A stretch of 64,000 bases of DNA from Thermoplasmata archaeon. GTDB lineage: Archaea > Thermoplasmatota > Thermoplasmata > Lutacidiplasmatales > UBA184. This document shows positions 48,385 to 55,670 of the stretch, in pieces. A program made the translations under genes and the position numbers. A model generated the notes under the pieces. That model ran no database searches and had not been told where the DNA came from. It worked only from the letters and a program-made list of their open reading frames with translations. The stretch's first letter is position 1. Each line of letters starts with the position of its first letter. Location of the stretch: contig JBAQAF010000039.1 of the NCBI GenBank assembly GCA_049285595.1, positions 6,373 to 70,372 on the forward strand. Reading direction: 5' to 3'.

Positions 48385-49131
48385 GTGCGCCGCTTCCGGG
48401 ACCTCGCCGCGGCAAGCCGCGCGCTGGCGGAGCACGTCGTCGAGCGGGCGCAGGAGTCGGTGGCCGAGACCGGCTCCTTTCGAGTAGTGCTCTCGGGCGG
48501 GCGGACGCCTCTCGGACTGTACCGGATCCTCGCCGACCCCGCCGCTTCCCAGGTCCCCTGGCCCCAGACGCACGTCTTCTTCGCGGACGAGCGGTGCGTC
48601 TCGCCGCGATCTCCCGATAGCAATTACCGGGCCATTCGGGACGCGCTCCTCGACCACGTGCCGATCCCCCGGGCGAACGTCGTGCGGATCCGCGGGGAGC
48701 TCCGTCCGCCGTCCGTGGCGGCCGCAGAGTATAGCCGCCGGCTGGGTCCGGACACGAGAGGATCGCGAGGGCCCCGGTTCGACCTGGTGCTCCTCGGCAT
48801 CGGGCCGGACGGTCACACCGCGTCCCTTTTCCCGGGCGAGCGAGCGCTCGTCGCCCGCCGAGGCCGCGCGGTGAGCGTCGCCGAGGCCGGGGTCGAGCCG
48901 TTCGTTCCTCGAGTGACGATGACGCTGCCGACGCTCGCTTCCTCCTCCGAGGTCTGCTTCCTTGTCGCGGGATCCGACAAGTCCCGCGCGGTCGCTCGGA
49001 TCCTCTCGCTACGCTCTAACGGGAGACATCCCCTGCCCGCAGCCCGAGTTCGTTCGCGAGGGCCGGTCCGGTGGTTTCTCGACCGAGCGGCTGCGGCGGG
49101 TCTCTCCCGCGGTTCGACCGCGATTCGTTAG
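48385..49131 (+). CDS. pgl: 6-phosphogluconolactonase
   Basis: The GTG at 48385 gives 248 aa. 'VVLSGGRTP', 'FFADERCV' and 'LLGIGPDGHTASLFP' are present. Confidence 0.8.
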   Translation: MRRFRDLAAASRALAEHVVERAQESVAETGSFRVVLSGGRTPLGLYRILADPAASQVPWPQTHVFFADERCVSPRSPDSNYRAIRDALLDHVPIPRANVVRIRGELRPPSVAAAEYSRRLGPDTRGSRGPRFDLVLLGIGPDGHTASLFPGERALVARRGRAVSVAEAGVEPFVPRVTMTLPTLASSSEVCFLVAGSDKSRAVARILSLRSNGRHPLPAARVRSRGPVRWFLDRAAAAGLSRGSTAIR

Positions 49132-49937
49132 GATCGGGAGCGCGCCCGACCCGAGGAGCTCTTCGGCCGCGGGCCGACCGGCTCTGCCTCCGGGGAGGCG
49201 GAGCGGCCCGACGGAGTCTGCCAGGCGCGGATACCCCCGAGAAACGCGTTACGATTGTCCCCGCGGTGGGCCCCGGGCGGAAGCTTCTGCAACCGGCGGA
49301 CATTGCCGCCTCCCACGACCACATAGTCCGGCTCGAGGGCCGTCTCGAGCATGTCGATCACGGCGAACACCTCCTTCTGCCACCGCTTCTTTCCTTCGCG
49401 ACGGCGGGCGTCTTCCCCCACGAACTCCTCGAACGTCTTCCCCTTGCGGTACGGCAAGTGCGCGAGCTCCATCGGCTGAAGGACCCCGTCCACGATCATC
49501 GCCGACCCGAGGCCCGAGCCGAGCCCGAGAAAGAGCATGCTCCCGCCGCGATACGATCCCAGCGCCTGCATCGCGGCGTCGTTGAGGATTCGCGTCGGGT
49601 GGCGCAGCGCCCGTGAGAAATCGAAGCCGACCCATCCCTTCCCGAGATGATAGGGCTCTCGAGTGATCGTTCCTCGCCGGACGAGCCCCGGGTATCCGAT
49701 GGTGACTCGCTCGAACCGCTCACCTCGAACCGCTCGGTTGATCTCGCGCACCATCCGCGCCGGGGTCATCGTCGGACCGGAAGGGAACCGGACGCGTCGG
49801 CCCGGTCCGTGGGAGAACGCCACCTTCACGTGGGTCCCTCCTACGTCCACGACGAGAATTCTAGAGTCCGTCCGCGCGCCCGGCGACATGACGATCACCC
49901 CCACCCCGCGAGAGGCTAAAAGTTCGGAAGGGGCCAA
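49128..49937 (-). CDS. ROK-family glucokinase (polyphosphate/ATP glucokinase-like)
   Basis: 269 aa with 'LVVDVGGTHVKVA', 'ILNDAAMQALG' and 'LGLGSGLGSA'. Its stop overlaps the pgl stop convergently by 4 nt. Confidence 0.8.
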   Translation of the reverse strand: MAPSELLASRGVGVIVMSPGARTDSRILVVDVGGTHVKVAFSHGPGRRVRFPSGPTMTPARMVREINRAVRGERFERVTIGYPGLVRRGTITREPYHLGKGWVGFDFSRALRHPTRILNDAAMQALGSYRGGSMLFLGLGSGLGSAMIVDGVLQPMELAHLPYRKGKTFEEFVGEDARRREGKKRWQKEVFAVIDMLETALEPDYVVVGGGNVRRLQKLPPGAHRGDNRNAFLGGIRAWQTPSGRSASPEAEPVGPRPKSSSGRARSRS

Positions 49938-49954
49938 TCCCCGCCTGAAGGATT

Positions 49955-50002
49955 CGGAGAAAAGGAGAGGAAAGGGTTGCCCGCCCCCTTTCGGAGGCGG
50001 GC
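49955..50002 (-). terminator. Hairpin plus pyrimidine/T-rich tract after the substrate-binding-protein gene
   Basis: A 7-bp stem, gcccgcc (49979-49985) with ggcgggc (49996-50002), closes a 10-nt loop. On the minus strand it is followed by CCTTTCCTCTCCTTTTCTCC. The architecture matches the element at 35831. Confidence 0.45.
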
Positions 50003-50024
50003 GTTCCGGTCTAGCTCACCCGGC

Positions 50025-53000
50025 TTAGGCAGCCTCGCGACCCGAGACGGTCGCGACGAGTCCCGCGTGGCTCGCGAGCGCGGTAGACAACCGTGTGACC
50101 GCCGGCCCGAACGACTGGTGTTCGGGGGCGAAGGTCACGTGGATCGTCTGCGCGTGCGGCGTGTGCGACGGCAGGACGGGGGCCACCACGATCGGGGACG
50201 CGGGAGCTCCCGTGCCCGTGTCGCCGCCGACCACCGGGATGGTGTACGTGTACGTCCCGTTGGGCAGCTCGAACTTGATCGTGGCCGACGTGCTGCTCAG
50301 GGTGATTGGCGATCCTGGCACCGGGCCGGTCACCGTAACGGACCAGCTCGTGTGCGCCGCCAACCCGTGCTCGCTGAAGGTGATCGCCCCGGCGTTAAGC
50401 TTGAACTTAATCGCCTTGTTCACCGTGACGCTACCGACCGACAGACCGCCGTGGGCCGGAGCAGCGTCGTAGATCGCGGGCTTTGTCACTTCATACTTGT
50501 ACGGGGTACCCTTGGCGATGGTGAACGTCACGGTGCTGCCCGTGGTCGTGGCCGCCGAGCCGGCCGGGCCGCCCGTCCCCGACGGAACCAGGGTGATGCC
50601 CCAGGTCGTCAGAGCCGGCAGTCCGGGCCACGGTACGGACGTCACTTCGTTGAAGTTCACCGTCTGCAGCTTGCCGAAGTGCAGGGTAATGGTCGTGGTC
50701 GCAGAGATCGGGGCCGATCCGTAGAGCGTCCCGTGGGGTCCCGTCACCTTGGCGAGTCCGTAGCCCGCAGGCGCGGTCACGGTGAAGTCCAACGTCCCGT
50801 TGGGGGCGTTGAAGGGCACCGAGGTCGCAGGTCCCGTCACGTTCGCGGACGTCTTTTCGGTCGAGGGAGAGCCCGCGGTCACCGTGAACGCGGTGCCGGC
50901 ACCCGCCGTGATGCCCGACTCCTTGAACGTCACCGACTGTTCGAACGGAACGTAGCGGACCTGGAACCAGACCGCATCGCCACCGCCGCCGATCATGACG
51001 TTCGTGTTCAGGGAGCTCGGGTCAATCCACGGAGCCGCCGAGGAGACGGCGTTCGCCTGGCCGTTCCACACGTACATCCCCAAGGCGTTGGTGATGTGCG
51101 TGATCAGGTTGTAGTCGAGCGTCCGGTCCGGTCCTACTGGCAATCCCGCCGCGATGCCCATCCAGTTCACCGCGACCGTGTAGGCGACTCCCTGGCACTG
51201 GGTGGTCAGGCGGCCCAGAGCGGGGTTGTCGACAGAGTGGGCCCAGTAGTCGAGGTCCTGGATCGTCGAGCCGTAGTGGCCGCACGCCGAGATGTTAGCG
51301 CTCGTCTGGGTGCCTTCGCCAACCATTCCCGAGAAGGCATCCGCCGCCGTGTAGGTGGCGTTCGGGCCAACCTCGGGGACGGTGTAGTCGGTCGGGTCCG
51401 GATAGTCCGGAGCCCAGCCCGAGCCCGTCTCGGAGATCAGGGGGTTGGTGCCGGGCGCGTTGAAGGCGATGTCCAGGAACTGGTCGAAGGTCAGGTCAAA
51501 GGTGTACGGCGCAAGCGCGCCACCCGTGATCGTGGTGATCTCCGCCATCCAGTCCGCAATCGCGGCGTCATCACTCGGATCTGCGTCGAGACCCGCGATC
51601 GGGAACGTGCACGGAGTCGCATGCGAGCACGAAGCGAGCTGCGGATCGTAGTAGGACGAGATCGGGTTATTCGCCTGGGCCCACCACCACGCGGAGCCAC
51701 CGACATCCGACGGGTTCAGGTCAGGGTCCGTGTTCGGGAATGACACGTTCGTCGGGTAGTAGTTCCCGAGACCGACGGGAATCGCGCCACCCGCATTGAA
51801 GTCGAACTGGATACCGTCGACAGTCCGGATGGTGTTCTCGACCGTGGTGTAGGGGTAGGCCTCGACGTAGAACTCACGCAGTGCCGGGTTGGTGAAGAAG
51901 TTCACCGGGATGTTGGGCAGGGGCTCCGACGGGAAGTAGGTCGAGAATTCGGACGGGCTCCATCGGAGGTTGACCGGCGTGAAGAACTGCGTAATGGTCG
52001 GGTTGATAAAGTAGTTCAGGTCGCCCTCGGACGCCAGCAGCTTCAGCGTCGTCGTGTGCGCCGCCTCGATGCCGGCAAAGTCCGCGATGTGCGCCCGATA
52101 CTGGCTGATGCCGAACGAGTCGTCGGGCTCCCAATAGACCTGGACGTTGTGGATGAACGCGCTCGGCGCGGGGTCGCAGTAGCCACCATACGTCGCCGCG
52201 ACACCAACGCCCGAGCAGCCACCGGGCTGCAGGTACGCGGGGTTCTCAGCGAGCGTGTAGCCTGCGCCGGGGATGACACCCGCGTAGTACGGGCCGGATC
52301 CGACCATGTTCCACTGAACACCGCCATCGACGATCGGCGAGGTGACGGCCGTCTCTTCGAACGAGTCCCACGAGAGGGGGTCTACGCCCGCCAGGTATGC
52401 CGCCCACGCTGAGCTGTCGGTCGAGGTGATCAGGTGGCCCGGGGTGCTGCCCGGGAGTCCGCAGGGACCGTCCCCGTGGGACGCCCCGAAGTTCGCGAAG
52501 CCCGGCATCGCGGCGCCTTCATACGAGAACCAGCCGCACGGCTCAACGCTCGCGCCGAGGTTGTCCGCCACCAGCTGCAGGAAGTAGGGCCAGTCAGATC
52601 CCCCACCGTTTGCGACGAAGGTGACGCAACCGTGTTCGTTAGCGATCGCCGACGCCGGACAGTAGGCCGTCGAGTTGACGAGCATCGAGCTCAGGATGCT
52701 GTTGGCCGTGGTATTGAACGGGTAGTGAAGGCCACCGTCGTAGACGGGGCTTCCGTACTGGAGCAGCGACTGCGCCTGGATCCAGCCCGGGTTCTTCCCG
52801 ACGTAGGGAACTTCCGAGAAGGCCAGCGTCCGCGCTAGGCTGAACATGACGTCCGACGGGTAGACTCCCCAGGACGCGTGCGTGGTCGGGTCGTAGAACG
52901 AGGCTTGCTTGTCGATGACAAACGTCCAGTAGATCGGCTCACCCGCAAAGGGTCCGGCGCCGTCAGCGACCAGGCTGGAGCCGTAGTCGGACGTGCACTG

Positions 53001-53441
53001 AGCGTCGCCCGGAACGCAGGTCGCCACCGTGGGAACGAACGTCGTCGTCGAGTTCCCATTGTAGTTGACCAGCGTCTGGTAGACGTTGATGATCGGCTCG
53101 TAGCTCACCGTGTCGTACGCAATGGACGGGTCTTCAGAATTGGAGCCCCCCGGTGCCACTTCGTAGACATCAAGTGTGCCTGCGTGTGGCGAGTGGGGGG
53201 ACGCTTCAATCGCCCCGCCTACTGGTACGGCCGATGCGGTCGTCTGCTGGACGGCTGCCCCCTGCGCACCAGTGGTATGCGTTACCACCGGTGCGGCAGG
53301 CGTAACCGACGCGGCGCTCAAGGCGCCGGCGGCGACGGGCAACGCCATGCTCAAAACGAGCACGAACGTCGCGGCAATGACTGCCGTCCGTCTTGTCGCA
53401 ATCTCTCCCACCGAATAAGACCCTCCCGGCAATTGGGTCAC
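50025..53441 (-). CDS. ABC transporter substrate-binding protein (family 5, peptide/nickel type) with a long C-terminal repeat extension
   Basis: 1138 aa with a GTG start, the signal/TM 'AVIAATFVLVLSMALPVAAGA' and an SBP5-like core ('YDTVSYEPIINVYQTLVNYNG'). The last 330 aa or so are repeated beta-sandwich modules ('VTFKESGITAG', 'ITFSEHGLAAHTSWSVTVTG', 'LPNGTYTYTI'). Confidence 0.8.
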   Translation of the reverse strand: MTQLPGGSYSVGEIATRRTAVIAATFVLVLSMALPVAAGALSAASVTPAAPVVTHTTGAQGAAVQQTTASAVPVGGAIEASPHSPHAGTLDVYEVAPGGSNSEDPSIAYDTVSYEPIINVYQTLVNYNGNSTTTFVPTVATCVPGDAQCTSDYGSSLVADGAGPFAGEPIYWTFVIDKQASFYDPTTHASWGVYPSDVMFSLARTLAFSEVPYVGKNPGWIQAQSLLQYGSPVYDGGLHYPFNTTANSILSSMLVNSTAYCPASAIANEHGCVTFVANGGGSDWPYFLQLVADNLGASVEPCGWFSYEGAAMPGFANFGASHGDGPCGLPGSTPGHLITSTDSSAWAAYLAGVDPLSWDSFEETAVTSPIVDGGVQWNMVGSGPYYAGVIPGAGYTLAENPAYLQPGGCSGVGVAATYGGYCDPAPSAFIHNVQVYWEPDDSFGISQYRAHIADFAGIEAAHTTTLKLLASEGDLNYFINPTITQFFTPVNLRWSPSEFSTYFPSEPLPNIPVNFFTNPALREFYVEAYPYTTVENTIRTVDGIQFDFNAGGAIPVGLGNYYPTNVSFPNTDPDLNPSDVGGSAWWWAQANNPISSYYDPQLASCSHATPCTFPIAGLDADPSDDAAIADWMAEITTITGGALAPYTFDLTFDQFLDIAFNAPGTNPLISETGSGWAPDYPDPTDYTVPEVGPNATYTAADAFSGMVGEGTQTSANISACGHYGSTIQDLDYWAHSVDNPALGRLTTQCQGVAYTVAVNWMGIAAGLPVGPDRTLDYNLITHITNALGMYVWNGQANAVSSAAPWIDPSSLNTNVMIGGGGDAVWFQVRYVPFEQSVTFKESGITAGAGTAFTVTAGSPSTEKTSANVTGPATSVPFNAPNGTLDFTVTAPAGYGLAKVTGPHGTLYGSAPISATTTITLHFGKLQTVNFNEVTSVPWPGLPALTTWGITLVPSGTGGPAGSAATTTGSTVTFTIAKGTPYKYEVTKPAIYDAAPAHGGLSVGSVTVNKAIKFKLNAGAITFSEHGLAAHTSWSVTVTGPVPGSPITLSSTSATIKFELPNGTYTYTIPVVGGDTGTGAPASPIVVAPVLPSHTPHAQTIHVTFAPEHQSFGPAVTRLSTALASHAGLVATVSGREAA

Positions 53442-53463
53442 CCGATTTCGGGAGGCGGGCTCC

Positions 53464-53471
53464 CTATATGA
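53464..53471 (-). promoter_or_regulatory. Candidate TATA box (minus strand TCATATAG) for the substrate-binding-protein gene
   Basis: Centred about 26 nt upstream of GTG 53441, a leaderless-type geometry. Confidence 0.35.
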
Positions 53472-54313
53472 GCTTTCAATAGCCGTTTTGACACACCGCC
53501 ACTATCGGGGCCGCTCGTCGGCCGGACGGGGTGGAAAATCTCTTCTTCGGCGACAAAAAGGGATGCAGTAGGGGGCCTCCAACCGGCCCGTGCCCCGAGC
53601 GCCCGACCGTCGTACCATTCCCGGTCGAACGGAGCCCCGATGATGGATAACTCACGGTTCTAGGGGAGTCCCCCGGGCCAAGCCGTGGTTGGGGGTTAGA
53701 GATTGAGCGATCTGGAGCATTGCCGCGTCGTAAGGGCCCGCGGTAAGGTCGGACCGGGCCCTTGCCCGACCGGCGGCTCTCCGCTCGGGTCATGGCGCCC
53801 GCCCCCGCGGGAGACCGACCGATCGGTCCGGGCTGGATCCACGGCTCCCCATCGATGAAGAGGTTCCCGCGAAGGTTCTGTCTTCTAGCCCCCTGCGGGC
53901 CGGGGAGAGGTCGTGGATCTGCCTCGAAGGATCGGTGGATGCACTCTCCTCCCTCGCCCGCTCTGCCGGGGAGCGCGGCGTTCCCGTGACTCTGGATCGG
54001 ATGACTCCAGTCAGCGTTTAGGAACGTCAGGGGAGCCGAGTCATGGAGCGGCGGGCTAGGGTCGGCCCTCACGGACCACCCTGCCGCCCCCTCGGTGGCT
54101 CCCCGGAAAACCATGCAGCCATGCGATGGACGGATGTGGGGGGAGGTGCCGGAGGAGGGGACGTGGGCCGCCCCCCTACGTCTCGCATCTAGACTTGGGG
54201 CGCCTCCGAGAATCCCTGGGCAAAGCGACCCTGGAATCGGCCTTGCCTGTACACGTACAACCCTAGTCGGGCAGGTCCCTCTTGGCCATACCGGGGTTTG
54301 GAGCCCCCCGATC

Positions 54314-54421
54314 GTGGACGGGGTCGACGCGATCTCGGCCGTCGGCGCCCTTCGGGAGGTCCTCGAGTTCGGGAGGGTTCCACCCCGAGCCGTAGATCCC
54401 CCCCGAGGCCGCCCCGTCCAC
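54314..54421. repeat. Perfect 10-bp inverted repeat closing an 88-nt segment
   Basis: gtggacgggg (54314-54323) and ccccgtccac (54412-54421) are exact reverse complements. The element begins right after the oligo-T that follows the tRNA 3' end on the minus strand. Confidence 0.5.
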
Positions 54422-54431
54422 GAAAAGGGAG

Positions 54432-54533
54432 TGCTCCCGGCGGGAGTTTCCCCGGGCGGCGCGAACCGCCCGGTTTTGAACCCGCGTCAGAGGCTCGAGA
54501 GGCCTCTATCCTTGACCACTAGACTACGGGAGC
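54432..54533 (-). tRNA. tRNA-Glu (anticodon CUC) with a 29-nt intron in the T-loop (59/60)
   Basis: Folded by hand. Acceptor stem is GCUCCCG/CGGGAGC (7 bp) and the anticodon stem is GAGGC/GCCUC with loop C-U-CUC-G-A. The T-stem is GCGGG/CCCGC, the discriminator is A, no CCA is encoded, and TTTT lies downstream. The gene is 102 nt, or 73 nt after intron removal. Confidence 0.85.
54446..54474 (-). other. tRNA intron (bulge-helix-bulge) in the tRNA-Glu T-loop
   Basis: The intron is ACCGGGCGGUUCGCGCCGCCCGGGGAAAC. An inner 8-bp helix CCGGGCGG/CCGCCCGG is flanked by the 3-nt bulges AAA and ACU, which are separated by UUCA/GGAA (3 Watson-Crick pairs plus A.G). Confidence 0.7.
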
Positions 54534-54713
54534 GCCGGCGCTCGGTAGCGAGCCGACCGTTTCAACCTTTCTGCGCGGCGGGCTCTCGGATAGCGCGCTT
54601 CGATGCCTCGGGACTTTCGGTGCGGGGGCCGACGTGCGATCGTTCCACAGGGGGGGTAATGCGACCGAATTCTCCGCAGATGGGGCCGCGCGAGCCGTGC
54701 CCGGGAGAACCGC

Positions 54714-55121
54714 CTACCGAAGGCTCACGGGTTGAGCGGGGGACGGATCGGCCTCGACGACGACGGCGGTCCCGTACGCCATGATCTCGGTCATGATCTC
54801 GCTCATCTCCGACGTATCGAAGCCCACCGACAGGACCGCGTTCGCTCCGAGGCTCATCGCGTGCTGCGTGAGCCGGGAGATCGCCTCGTGCCGGGACTGC
54901 TCGAGCAGCTGGGTGTACTCGGTGATCTCCCCGCCCGCCAAGCTTCGGAGACCGGCGACGATGTTCCGGCCGAGGCCCCGGGAGCGGACGATGAGACCGA
55001 ACGTGACCCCGATGACGCGAATGACCCGGAACCCGGGGAGGAACGGGGTCGTCACGACGGGGATCTGGGACGGAGGGGCGTACATGGGGGCCCCTGGCGG
55101 AGCGAGCGGAGTGCCGGACAT
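54714..55121 (-). CDS. ybjQ: YbjQ/UPF0145 family protein
   Basis: 135 aa. 'GVTFGLIVRSRGLGRNIVAGLRSLAGGEITEYTQLLEQSRHEAISRL...GANAVL' is typical of YbjQ. The second ATG at 55085 is an alternative start. Confidence 0.8.
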   Translation of the reverse strand: MSGTPLAPPGAPMYAPPSQIPVVTTPFLPGFRVIRVIGVTFGLIVRSRGLGRNIVAGLRSLAGGEITEYTQLLEQSRHEAISRLTQHAMSLGANAVLSVGFDTSEMSEIMTEIMAYGTAVVVEADPSPAQPVSLR

Positions 55122-55203
55122 GCCCGCCGAACGGTCCGGTGCGGCTTAACCGCGTCGGCCCGCCGACGGAAGAGCCTATCTGTCCCTCTCGGGTCCGGAG
55201 CCT

Positions 55204-55659
55204 GTGACCCCCCCGGTCAAGGCCCGCAGCGGCCACCTTCTCCTGGAGTCGAAGCGATCGTTCAAGGACCTCGTCCGGGTCTACCCCGAGATCCATCGTC
55301 GGGTCGTGGAGATGAACCGGCCGTTCGTCAAGGAGTCGGACCCGTTGTCGCCCGAGGCGCTCCTCGAAGAGAACCTGCGGGATCTGAAGCGCGACAAGAA
55401 GCCGGTCGGATACAACCGGCAGGACGCCTTCGGCCTCCGGCTGATCTTCCCGATCACCGACGATCGACGGATCGAATTCTACTTCGCGAAGCCGTCGCGC
55501 TGCCAGGAGGTCGTCCAGGTGACCGAGCAGGTCTCCACGCTCCTGCGTCGACGGGGCCTGAAACACAACGTGGAGTACGACCGGCTCCCGCTCGGGCCGG
55601 TGCGCTTTCCGCCGGGGATGACGGTTCCCCCGGCCGGTTCCGGACTCTCCTCGCGCTGA
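55204..55659 (+). CDS. Hypothetical protein
   Basis: 151 aa with a GTG start and a balanced composition (K/E/F/Y/V), unlike the overlapping R/G/P-rich antisense ORFs. No motif was recognised. Confidence 0.45.
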   Translation: MTPPVKARSGHLLLESKRSFKDLVRVYPEIHRRVVEMNRPFVKESDPLSPEALLEENLRDLKRDKKPVGYNRQDAFGLRLIFPITDDRRIEFYFAKPSRCQEVVQVTEQVSTLLRRRGLKHNVEYDRLPLGPVRFPPGMTVPPAGSGLSSR

Positions 55660-55670
55660 CCGTCGACGGT

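Noticed and set aside
53640-54000. Assignment of the gap as RNase P RNA or SRP (7S) RNA.
   Set aside because: The hints are contradictory. 'GUAAGGG..GCGGUAAGG' and 'GGGGAGUCCCCCGGGC' lie on the plus strand, while 'ACAGAACC' and a possible P4-like pairing lie on the minus strand. No GAGGAAAGUCC, no ACAGAA.CCGGCUUA and no GGAAGG.AGCA helix-8 motif is present. 'GGCGGGCUAGGG' (54049-54060) has no complementary 3' partner. A covariance-model search is needed.
53476-54114. 212-aa minus-strand ORF, together with 54095..54784 on the plus strand, as protein genes filling the 53.5-54.4 kb gap.
   Set aside because: Composition is G/P/R/S-rich with no motif, and the plus-strand ORF runs through the tRNA-Glu gene. 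I treat the region as non-coding or unknown.
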